Part shown: positions 22,991-34,900 of the stretch, piece by piece
Layout: each line of letters opens with the position of its first letter
How positions within the stretch are numbered: position 1 is the stretch's first letter
Assembly (NCBI GenBank): GCA_043228905.1
Contig: JBHGNT010000001.1
Location: 24,862,001-24,926,000 of the forward strand
Source of the DNA: Azolla caroliniana
Lineage: Eukaryota > Plantae > Polypodiophyta
Direction: 5' to 3'
Length of the DNA stretch: 64,000 nucleotides
The notes under the pieces: model-generated
What the model was told of the DNA's origin: nothing
What the model saw: the letters and a program-made list of their open reading frames with translations, nothing else
Database searches by the model: none
Translations under genes and position numbers: made by a program

Positions 22991-24599
22991 ATTACCGTAT
23001 TCGATGTCTTTTTCTTCTTCTCAAGCATACCTAAAGACGAATTCTCTATCGAGCACCATCACATGTTGGCTTTAGAGAAGGCATTCGGCAAACTCACACA
23101 TCAGTCATGAAAGGGGACCATGAAGTGGCTTGAGAACACTACTTCAACCCAAAGGTGGTTGTTGATCATTGGCGAGGTCTCGACGACCTACTTGACTCAC
23201 ACCTTCACCAGAAACTCGATCAACTCCCCAAACTTTGTTTCCTTTTATGCTTAGTGGTTGCCTTGTAATTACCCCATATTGTACTTAATCACTTTGAAAA
23301 TTTTGGAACCCCTACGTTATAAAAGGATTTCTTGTATAATTGAGCATCTACTTCTTAATAGGAGGTCATTTGGTCTTAATCTCGTGTATTTACATTAATC
23401 TCATATATTATTCCTAATCTTGTGTGCTAATCGGCTCCTTGGAGCATTCATGTCCTACACTCATGTACTACATTCACGTCCCTACGTTCACATCCTACAT
23501 TCGCGTCCTATGTTCGTGTCCCAACTTTCATGTCCTACATTTGTATCCCAATCTTTATGTTCTCCCTACTCCAAGACCCCCACGCATGCATGTTTATGAG
23601 ACATCAACCAAACAACTATTTTTACGTATGGTAGAAAAGTAGATATCAAAGACAAGAAAAATAGAATGCCCATAGCTCACAAAATGTTTGCTGGCAGACA
23701 AAAACTATTTTCTCATATGTTGACCTATATGCATCCCAATATTAGTGGGAATTACCGATTTGGCCTTTCATGTCATGTATCAATGTTGCCTTGTCTTGAC
23801 TTCTTAAAGACCACCATTAATCTGAACATATATATATATATATCTACTTTCAATAACTTTTAAAAGACATAAACTGAAACAAATCTTAATGCTCGTCATG
23901 GTAAGAGGATTAGTACTATGTGATAGAGAGTTACAATGAGTTATAAGACTTTCTCGAGGTTGGCTCTATGTTAATTAATGACTAAATTGGGTCAACTATC
24001 TTACAACATTTAACGAAATATGGTCATGGAAAAGCTGGATGAAGCAGCTCGAACAAATGGGCAAGCCATGAATAAGGTTCACATGATATACAAAACAAAG
24101 TTCTTAATATTACATGAACTACGAGCAATCCAACACAAAGCACGGGCACAGATGGACTATTGGGTGAAGTCATATATTTTATCGTAGATGGAGCATGCGG
24201 CATCGGAAAAAGGTTCTAATTGTGTGCCCCTTCATGACAAGTACCCGAATCATTGTGCATCTATGATATTGATTTCACATTTGGGCATTCGCAGTGCCGG
24301 GACGTGGACATGGACGCGGGGCGAGAGGAGGGGAGGGAGGTCATGAAGAGGAGGAGTTGGTATATGTACAAATAAGTAAGCGTAAAAAATAAATAAAAAC
24401 CCAACACGTGGAGGCTAAAGAACATGACCAAATGGAAGCCCCCCCCACTTTCAATACAGAGCTAAATTCATGGAGGATCATGTAGGGGATGAAAGCTTTG
24501 AATGAATCTCTGAGACACCAAACAGGAAGAGAAGGGAAGAGGAGATCATCTTTTAAAGATTTTCTTTTTACATAGAAAGGAAGAGAAAGAGAAAGAGAG

Positions 24600-26624
24600 A
24601 TGTGGTGGGCGAATTATAGTGGTGGTGGTGGTGGTGGTGGTCCGCCATGTGTGTTTGCAGAGGTTGGGAAGAAGGCCAAGGATGTGTTGAGCAAAGGCTT
24701 GTCCACCGGCCACATGATGCTCTTCTTCTCCCACTTGACGTCCACTGGCGCCTCCTTGTCCACCACGCCCATCCTCACCTCCCAGGGCCTCCTCATGGCC
24801 ACCGTCTCCTCCTCTTTCAAGACCGCGGGCGTCAAGGCGGACCTCTCCTTCTCCTCCCCCACAAACCAGGTAATCTTCTTCCCTGCATTTATGCCTTCCA
24901 TAGATCCATTGACCTTCCTTTCCTTCTTTGTGTTGTAGTTTTTGCATCTTAGGACCAAACCCTTCCACATCATCTTTTCATGTGTTACCATTTTTGCACC
25001 ATGGGATATGCTGCATGTTTCTAATAGCTTTCTATATTCAGTTGAATCTTGTATGCATGCCAAGGTACTACATTTTTCCATAATTTGTTTCCTATGTCAT
25101 GATCGGTTTTTTTGGGGAGAAGCCGCCTATTGTCTGAATCTTTTGACATGTCCACCATCGCTTGCTTCGATTGATCGTATTGAATCCTTGACATGTTCCA
25201 CTATTCTAATTATTTGCACAGCAATCAATTCCCTACAGTTAGTGTTTGCCATTCCATTTGCCTCACGACAATTGACTATTCTACAAATAGTTCCTCTTAG
25301 AGCCCATTTCTTAATGGGCAAGATCCACAATACTAAAAAAAAAGGCTGTCCCATTTATTATGCATATGAAAGTCTCTGTCAGTAGCACGGACCATCCAAA
25401 TTTTACATGACAAAGCAAGATATGTCCACAAAAATCCCATTTTTACATGACAGTGCTGGGTATGTCTGAATATTGCATGCCACATGTATGATATGCAAAA
25501 CGGTGTCAGAAGCCAGTCCTATAATGCAAAAAAAGGGAGCCCTTACAATATGCCAATTATTCCATTATTTCACACGAGGGCAAAATAAAACATGATACAT
25601 GTTTCCAGTTCTACATTTTCATTTTGTCATGAAAACACATCCACCCGTCTATATGATATTTTTGTAGCATCTGTTTGTAGTGTAGCATTCCGTGGCAAAG
25701 AATTGTATATACTGGTTAGTATCCACCATCTATCTTGCTCTTGATCTTGCTTTTAATTCCTATAAAATAAATTTTATAATGCAATCCAAATGCAAAAATG
25801 TCTTTAGAACAGTAATAATAATATTATGCATTGTTGGAAGCTAAGGTGAGTATTTTCTAAGATAAGCTTTGAATCATCAATTACCCCAAATATTTGATAA
25901 GTTTCGAAATGGGACTTTTTATAAGATAACCGCTGAGACGACATATGAAGATCTTGCCCCAGGCTTGAAGTTTTCATTGTCAACAGCAATCCCTGATGCT
26001 AGCCAACTAGGGAAAGCCGAGTTGGTATATCGGCGTGAGGCCGCAGCCGTTACAACCACCATGAAGGGCCTGAAAACTACACCGATTCTAGAATGCAGTG
26101 CCAATTTAGGGTCAGAGAAGTTCTCGGTCGGAGGTAGTGTTGTATACGATACACAGACGAATGTGTTATCCAACATGGTAGCAGGTGAATATGATCTGTG
26201 GCATTTTTATTCTCTTTAACAAAGTGTACTAAACAAATATAGGATTTCTATTGTCATCTTCTTGACAGGGTTTGGTTATGTTGCTTGTCCGATGTCTTTG
26301 TGTCTCTTGTATAATCCCAAGAAGGGTGACAAGAACTTGACCCTGTATTATTCACATGAGGTGAATCCCAATCTCTCTCTAGCCATGCATGTTGACTATG
26401 AGCAGGAGGCAAGAATTAGCAATTCAGAAATTGGTGGATCATACAAGCTTGATCCACAAACAAGTTTGAAGGCCAAGATGAGCAATACAGGAGTCATAAG
26501 TACACTTTTGGAATATGAGCCAAAGCCATTAGTTACATTGGGGCTTTCTGCCGAGTTCAACGGCAAGCTTTTGTGGTCAACTAAGCCAAAATTAGGGTTT
26601 AATGCGACGGTGCTATCGATTTAA
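24600..26624 (+). CDS. VDAC: Voltage-dependent anion channel (mitochondrial porin), divergent; exons 24600-24869, 25926-26184, 26269-26624; 294 aa
   Basis: N-terminal helix GPPCVFAEVGKKAKDVLSKG, LAPGLK, GKAELVY, IGGSYKLDPQTSLKAKMSNTG and C-terminal KLGF. GT-AG introns keep the frame open (885 nt). Confidence 0.9.
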
Positions 26625-27399
26625 CATGTTTTGGTTTTTCATCCATTTTGACGCTAGATACACAATGTTTGGGTTATATTTAACATGTTTTACTTTTTCA
26701 TCTTTTCTTGATGCAAAATACGCAAAGTTTAGTGTAGTAAAGAGAGTGATTGGCCTCAATCTGAGGTACTAAATTTGGTTTGAATTATGAGCTAACTTGA
26801 AATTAACGACACGATTGTTTCTGTTATTAGAATTACAGTAAGATATCTTCCTGATTATAAAACCTCATCAGAGGTAGTAGTTCTAATCCTTGGCAATCTT
26901 GAAATTAATTTTTATGACTTGTTTCTGTGAATAAAAGAAACAACACAAATATTTCTTCCTGATCATAACATTCCCACATATATTTTATCCCAAGGAAAAT
27001 TCGGTTGCCCACTTATATTAAAATTTATCATAGTTTTTGTTTGTGGGCAGATGAGTGCAACTTCATTCTTATTCTTTATTACCTTCAATGATGTTGCATT
27101 AGGATTTTAGATGTGGATAAAACTAATTGGAATGTTTGCATCTTATTAATGCGTACAGATGACATAATTTAAACATTGATTGTATGAATTTGGTACATTA
27201 GAATCGTGTAATACATATCTAGATAATGACTTTCAGTAGAATTAGCCCTATTTTGAGAAACTGAATTCTGGGTTATCAAGATAATAATTCGAGAGACCAA
27301 GCTCAAAGTTGGGGCTTCAACTATGTATATGCATCCCGAGTAGTTGGGGCTTCACTGTAATTAGTGACTTCAAAATGGAATGAATAGTTAACATGGTTA

Positions 27400-27860
27400 G
27401 AGGTTCTGTATGGTCTCTGTTTAGCAACTAATCATATGCATTTGCTAATCCAAGGCCTGAGATCTGTATGGTCTATCTGGCAACTAATCATATGCATTTG
27501 CGAGCCGGATTAATATTCCTTTCAAAATATGGCTACATAAATTTATACAAATAGCATATTTAGTGATGGAACGTGCATGGCATGATATTTGGCAACTATG
27601 CTAATTTACATTCACGTGGAAGCATGTGTCGGCTGTAAGTTTGCAATGGATGTATAACATCATGAAAAAACATTTACTTGCATCTTTACTTGCAGTCAAG
27701 ATTCATACTAAATATATTAGGGGGATACATACTAAATATATTAGGGGGATACGTTTAAATTATGCAATGGATGTAAACATCATGAGATTGTTTTTACTTG
27801 TTCCTTTACTTGCAGTCCAGATTCATACTAAATAGATTAGAGGGATATGTTTCAATTACG
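27400..27860. repeat. Short local tandem duplications (about 59 bp x2, about 120 bp x2 with an internal 24-bp repeat)
   Basis: TCTGTATGGTCT...GCAACTAATCATATGCATTTGC twice. TGCAATGGATGTA...CTTTACTTGCAGTC.AGATTCATACTAAATA twice. Confidence 0.7.
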
Positions 27861-28969
27861 GCGGCTTTAATGAAAAAAGGGAATGGTATTGGGCAAATGA
27901 AAGGACGATGTAGTAAGAGGGGTAAATGTCTTCTTAATCAATTAATCGTGGCCCAAAACTCAACCATTTTGCTTATTATCAAATGACTTAACAAGACGTG
28001 ATTATTCCGTAGCCCACTAGAAGTAGAGCAACATTTCTTTTATAGAGTGCCCCACTAAATTCTAATCAAGTTGGATCAATGCCATCTACACCAAACAAAA
28101 CTTACCATGGTACATTCAACACATAACAGGGATCTCTTGTAAAAGGAAATATACCTCTTGGGACCGAATTATATAAATGCATTACATTTTCCCCAAATTG
28201 TGTTAACTTTTTTACAATGCTCTTTTGCTAGGTGAAAATGTGGCAAATTGAGAGTGTCTTAAGAAAGGTAAAGAAACTGGACCCTATTTCTCCCCAATTA
28301 TGTACACAAACAAGGCAAACAATTGGCATCCAAGTGGGTCAAAATAGAGAGCATGAGAGCTGAGAGACGGTTATGAGTGTGTGTGTGTGTGTGTGTCCTT
28401 TGGTCGCTAGCCTAGTTATATATAGGTGTTGTTTACTGTGGTAATTGAAAGAGCTGTTCTGAGGTGCAATAAAACTATTAGCTATAAGTTAATCTATTGG
28501 GTTTTATCTACTACATTAAAGTTATTTGACATCTAAAGATAGGTACATAGATGTGTGTGTGTGTGTGTGTGTCTGAAGCTAATTAAAACTAGTTTTGCAA
28601 ATAAATGGTCTAATGGCACTAGATTTTGATCCTCTTTTTTTTTTCCATTGGGATGGCAAGGAGAAGACAATCTGCAGCTATTACCAGTACATAGCAATTG
28701 ATTTTAGTTGCATTTGGAACTTAAGAGCCTGGAGTGTTTTTCTCTTTTCCTACTGTAGGAATCGAGTGAAGAATCGAGAGCCGATAGATGAGGAGTTGCA
28801 ATGGCATGAAGAGCGGCAACAGGAGCCGCATGCGTTGCAGTGGTAGTTGCAATTGGATGCTGCTCCGCCATGATTGCACAAGCACACATAGATGGTATGA
28901 TCTGCATCATGATATGATTTTTGGAAAGGGTGGCCACCCATTCCATTCAAAACAGTGCACAAGGAATGC

Positions 28970-29730
28970 TCAATGAATAGCTGAGAGAGCAACACACACA
29001 CACACACAATTTGTTACAACAGTTATATGTACATATATATATATATACCTTTGGGAGATGGAGATGGAGCAGGAGCAGGGGCTGGTGGTGGAGGAGGAGG
29101 AGGTGCAGGAGGCGGTGGAGCAGGTGCAGCAGCAGCAGGAGGAGGAGGAGCTGCTGGTGATGGTGATGGTGATGGTGATGGTGCTGTTGCAGGACGGGCT
29201 GCTGCTCCTGATGCTGCAGCAGCAGTAGGGTTAGGGTTTGCAGGAGGGGGATTAGCAGGGCTGAGTACTTTGGTAGCAGTGGAGGAGGAGGAGGAGGTAG
29301 CAGTGCTGGTTGTACAAACTTTGGCCAGGATGTATGCGAACAGAGAAAACAGGACGATCCCAAGCACCACGAAGAGGAGCTCCTGCGATCCCACCACAAT
29401 GTTGTCGGAGCCGACCTCGATACCACTACTACCACTACCACTATTCGACTGCAGCTGCTCCCTGCTACTACTACTATTACTACTACCACTACTGCTGCTG
29501 CTGCTGCTGCTGCTGTGTGTCTGATTCTTCACCATCATGTCACATGTGGACAAGCTCATGCAGCTCTCTGCAGGCGATCGAGGCGGAGGCGGCGGAAATG
29601 ATGGTGGAGATGCAAACGTTTCCCAAGCAGCAGTAGCAGCAGCATCACGACGCATCATCCTCATCCTCCTCCCTCTATGATCTCCCTCTCTCTCTCTCTG
29701 TCTGTCTGTCTGTCTGTCTGTCTCATGCAC
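28970..29730 (-). CDS. Single-pass membrane Ser/Pro/Ala-rich protein (AGP-like tail); exons 29049-29730 and 28970-28980; start codon uncertain
   Basis: GC-rich open frame with TM helix LLFVVLGIVLFSLFAYILA and AP/SP/PA repeats. A 68-nt GT..CTCTCAG intron (28981-29048) gives a C-terminus of ...SPSPKAIH*. Confidence 0.6.
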
Positions 29731-29957
29731 CCATACAGGGAGGGGGATGCAGACTGGAACCCTGGGAAGAGGAGGTGGAGGAGATGAGATGAGATTTTGA
29801 GGTCTGAATTGAATTAATGGAAATGGAGGAGCAGGAGGAGCTGAGACAGCAACATGTGGAAGGAGGGGAGAGGGCGGCTGCTGATGACCACTAGCACTAG
29901 CAGGAAGGAGGGGATCCCACAGCTATATAGCTCATCAGAAATTACGTCTTTCTGTGT

Positions 29958-29998
<41 letters not shown>

Positions 29999-30960
29999 TA
30001 TGGCGATAATGTCTATCTATCCATCTACATACATGATGTACATATCTATGTCAAATCAATCTGGTGTCTGTGTCTGTGTCTGTGTCTGCAGGGTAGGAGT
30101 TAGTTGAGGGGTCTGGCTTGAAGACGATGATGATTGTGTGTGTGTGTGTGTGTGTTATTTGGCGATTGCGGATTCGAACCCTGGACCGACCCGATCAACC
30201 CCCTTCCTCTTCCGAACGAACGAACGAACAAACAAACACGCACGAGAACCTACTACCCCCATTCCTTCCTTCCTTCAGGAGCCTATTATTATTATTATTA
30301 CTATTATTATTATTATTATTATTATTTGTTAATTCTTATTCTTATTGTATGTATACATATTTATATATGTACGTATAACAGAATGGATATGGTTAGGCGC
30401 AATAAATATAAACTACAAAAACATCGGACCCACCACATTCATACTTGACTACGTAACAGCATACATACATACATACATGCATGCATACACACACAATACA
30501 TACATACATATTTGCTCGACTCTCGTTCTGAAATCTCCTAACCCTTAACTCACTCTCATTCTGAACCCTACATGTACAACTACAGTCTACACACACCAAC
30601 AAGAAAATGGTGCCGACTTTATCGACACCTTCATGTTGTGATGTTCCGAAACATGGTTGAGTACGTTAAGATCAACAAGATTCTTACATTTTAATTCCCT
30701 GTCCGTGATGTTTGAGTAGGATGGGATCGATTGCCCAACTGACTCTAATTGGATTTTATCATGTTATGTACTTTAAGCATAGCTAGATAGCCTAGTATAA
30801 ATGGCAAACAATACATTTCATTTGTAGAACATTTCGTATCTACACCATAATGTTTTGTGATAGGCCCGTGGCTATGTTGTGATGAAAGTCAGAAGTAAGG
30901 ATACATACATGTTGTGTGTGTATGTATGTATGTATGTGTGTGTGTATGTGTGTGGGCACA
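29680..30960. repeat. Microsatellite cluster: (CT)n, (TCTG)n, (GT)n, (TGTGTC)n, (ATT)n, (TACA)n
   Basis: Directly visible, e.g. (TG)n at 29961-29997 and (TAT)n at 30283-30326. Confidence 0.9.
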
Positions 30961-31983
30961 CTTTCAAGTGAGCAAGTGTGCATGCGTACATACATCATGT
31001 GGCAATTGTGACACTATTCAACAACGTGGCATGTTACGAATACTAGTGCTTTCATACAATTAGGTGCAAGTGTGAAACATGCAACCTTGTTCATCAACGA
31101 CTATTGATATTTATGCACTCATCTTCCTCAAAGTTTTACCAAAGTTCATTTCTCAAGCACATTCTTTTTTCAATCAATTAGCAATGCCTATGAGACACAA
31201 TACCGTTCGCCACATGTAGTTTTGTATCAGTCCACATTCCTTCTCTCGAGTCTCAATTAAAGGTCTATCTTTCATCAATGCACTTTTATTGAAATCTCAT
31301 CATTAAAATGTCGATATATGGTCCAAATGGTAAACAAAAGTCAAATGCTCTTGAATTATAAAGAAATCCAAAATAAGTCACTTAAAATTTTGTCCTAAGT
31401 TCTAACCTAATAGCTTGTTAAAAAAAGTTATATTAGCTTACTAGCTCGTTAAATTTCTATTTTAACCTATTGGCTAGAGTCGAGAATTACATTAACATAC
31501 CTAAAGAGTTTGAATCATAGAAATTATATTATATTTCCCGATTCCTAGAGATGTTTGCACTCATGCTACTTGCATGCAAGGCTTCAAGATGAAATATTTG
31601 GCCATAACATAAATGGCGTGAATGAGGACACGAGGTATAATTCACCATTTGCCTTGTCTTAATATGTCATCTACAATCCACTTGGAAAGTAACTATGACT
31701 CTAGCCTCACACATTTTCTTTTCAATATTAGCATCTTCAAGCACTTCATGTTAATATTGTAAAGAACTATAGAAGTTCTATCAAGGATAGTTGGACAACA
31801 CATTGGAGATGATAGAATTTGTGTGTATGGGCATGTGTGTGTTCTATGTATGTTTGTGAGGAGAGAGAGAGAGAGAGAGATTTTATTATCAACTTTGGAG
31901 GCCAAATATGACCTATTCACATAATACATGAGAGAGAGTAATGAAAGTATTGGCTAAGGTCGCAGATGAGTGGAAAGCAATGT

Positions 31984-34900
31984 TGTTGAGAGACAAGCTC
32001 AACATCGGTTGGATCGGCTGAAGAAGCCGAGGACCGGATCGGTTGGGACCGATCGGTTAGGCCGACTGCATAAACCGGGAGGCCGTTAGGAAAGATATTC
32101 CGTGAGATATATTTGGGAGTTAGTGTAGGAGCTCTTAATGAGCATTGAAGTACTGTCAGTACTTCGGTCAGTCCTTCTAGGACTTGTATAAAAGTGTTCA
32201 CTGAAGCACGTCTTATGTACAGATTGAGTATTATTATTGAACATAGTTTTTTGTGTTTCTCTCTCTCTCTGTCTCTCCTGCGTATACCGTGTAAGCTCAA
32301 GCTCTCCATTAAACCTGAGTTTCCTCCCTTCTGTTCGGTCTTCATACTTGCTTCCGCACGCTACTTTCTAAATGGTATCAGAGCGCGAGGGTTGAGAACC
32401 TCTCTGCAGCCGACACAGCTTGACGAAGAAGAACAAGAAGAACGATGGATAGAGGCATGGTGAGCTCACTTCGAACAGAGAAGCTCGACAGAACCAACTA
32501 CGCGTCTTGGTCCTACAAGATGCACTAGTACCTGCTCGGACACGGCTACTGGAGTTATGTCGAAGGAGCTAATGACGCAACACCCGAATCGACACACAGA
32601 GACTTCCCGTCATGGGAGCAATCGGCGAGCAGGGTATTATACTGCTTCGCGTTGTGTGTGGGCGAACAGCTATTGAGCTATGTTCGGGATGCAAAGACGC
32701 CGAAGGGTGCGTGGGAAAATCTGAAGAAGATTTTCGCCGCGAGCACCACAGCCAGGAAGCTTCAGCTCCGACAGGAGTTGAGCAACCTACGACAACGCGA
32801 CTTGTCGGTGGCGGACTATACCTCGAAGAACAAGGATATCTGCGACTCCCTCGCCTCCATAGAGGTGAACATCGAGGAGAGTGAGATGGTCCAGATCTGT
32901 CTCGGAGGTTTGGCGTCGAAGTTCAGAGCGTTCCGAACGGCTGTGTGTACCCGGGAGAATACGCCGTCCTTTTTCGACTTACAGTCGATGCTCCTAGTAG
33001 AGGAGAACCACGCGGGTGCGTCGACGAGCACGCACACCGACAGCAGAATGTTGTACACGGAGGGAGATAGGCCCCATGGACGTGGAGGACGAGGCGAGTC
33101 GGCGCGCAATGGAGGCGGTCGCGCAATGATGCTGACAACAACTCCGGACCCTTCGGAAACAAGGGGAGTCGAAGCGATGAGAACCGGCAAGGGAAAGCCA
33201 TCGCGGAGTGTTGGTACTGTGGCAAGAAAGGCCACAGGGAAAGCGAGTGCTGGTAGAAGCACGCCGATTTGGAGAGAACCGGTTCCGGAAACGGCTCCGG
33301 ACATACCGACAAGGGAAATCGGTAGCGATCGCACTACGCCGAAGACTCCGGGAGAAACGGAGAATGGTCTGCCTTCGTGACGAGACACGAAGCAAACTCA
33401 ATGAAACAGACCACCCCGAGATCGGACGAGGTGTGGTACGTAGACTCCGGCGCGTCAAACCACATGACGAGCCATAAGGAGTGGTTCTTGTACCTTGAAA
33501 AATCGATACAACCTGGAGTAGTCGCAACAGGAGACGACACTCCGCATCCGATCGCGAATGTCGGAGAAGTTCCCCTTAGCCATGTCGGGCAGAAAGGGAA
33601 ACTCATGAACGTGTTGCACATTCCGACAATCACGAAAAACTTGGTCTCTGTCAGACAGATCGTCGACCAAGGGATGGAGGTTCGGTTTACACACCTCGGG
33701 TGCTTCATTGAGGAAGAAGGCCGTGTGATTGCGCAAGAGCGCAGAGACGGGAGGATGTTCATCCTCGACTGAACTGACGGCGGCATCGCAATGTTCGCAA
33801 AGGGACAAAAAGCCGAGTCGGACATCGACTTGTGGCACAAGCGGATAGGCCACGTCAACCACCAACAGCTTCAAGATCTACAATCGAAACAGGTAGTGTT
33901 CGGATTGCCCAAATTTAGTGGCCGAAAGGCACAAATTTGTGAAGCCTGCCAGCTCGAGAAGCAACACCGACTTCCTTTCCCGAACAAGCGAAACCGGAGC
34001 CGGAACAAGCTCGACCTTATACACTCCGATGTATGGGGGCCGGCACAAAACGTTAGTCTTGGCGGGAGCCGATATTTCGTCTCCTTCATCGACGACCACA
34101 CGCGGCACACGTGGATCTACCTCATTGAGAGGAAGAGCGAAGTCTTCGACTGCTTTCGGGACCTCAAAGGGTTCGTGGAAACGGAAATGGGACGGAAGAT
34201 CAAGTACTTGCGGTCGGATGGCGGGAAAGAGTACTTTTCCGGTCAATTCAACGGTTATCTACAACAAATGGGAATTCGGCGCGAATTCAGTTGCAGATAC
34301 ACGCCGGAGCAGAATGGCGTGGCTGAGAGGAAGAATCGGTCAGTTGTGGAAGCGGCACGGGCAATGCTGGAGGAGAAGAGCTTGCCCAAGTTCTATTGGG
34401 CCGAGGCGGTAAGGACCGCGGTATACATCCAGAACCGGATCGGAGACAAAGTGTCGGCGCACAAGCTATATTTCGGAACGAAGCCGAACTTGCGACACTT
34501 GAGGGTGTTCGGTAGCATTGCATATGTGCATATACCGAAGGAGAAAAGGAGGAAGCTGGACACAAAGGCCGAGAAATGCATCTTGGTCGGTTACTCGGAC
34601 GAGCAGAAGGGTTATAAGTGCTATAACCCTCGCACCAAACAAGCGCGTGTCAGCCGCGACGTTGTGTTTGACGAGTCCGCGTCCTGGTACCTGCCCCCGA
34701 CTACGAACCTCGACTCCAATCCGAGCTCTGACGATGAGGTCAGCGAGGCCAAGATGCCTCCGGATGAGCCCGAAATCGAGACCCGCGAAGAGAGTCTGAT
34801 TTCACTCCGGTTAAGTGGACCGATTGGACGACTGAGTCGGTACGACCAGTCCGATGAAGAGCCGGCGAGTAGTGGAGACTCGGCCGTGCATTCCCCGCGC

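Noticed and set aside
28704-29007. Cys-rich ORFs resembling a metallothionein or zinc finger
   Set aside because: The splice phase from the upstream exon leads to a stop at 28970. These frames fall in the probable 3' UTR and have no recognisable motif spacing.
30170-30181. Perfect B-box GGTTCGAATCC on the minus strand
   Set aside because: There is no A-box or cloverleaf nearby, so it cannot be called a tRNA or SINE.
30118-30602. Poly-Leu, poly-Tyr and poly-Ile ORFs
   Set aside because: They are translations of (ATT)n, (GT)n and (TACA)n microsatellites.
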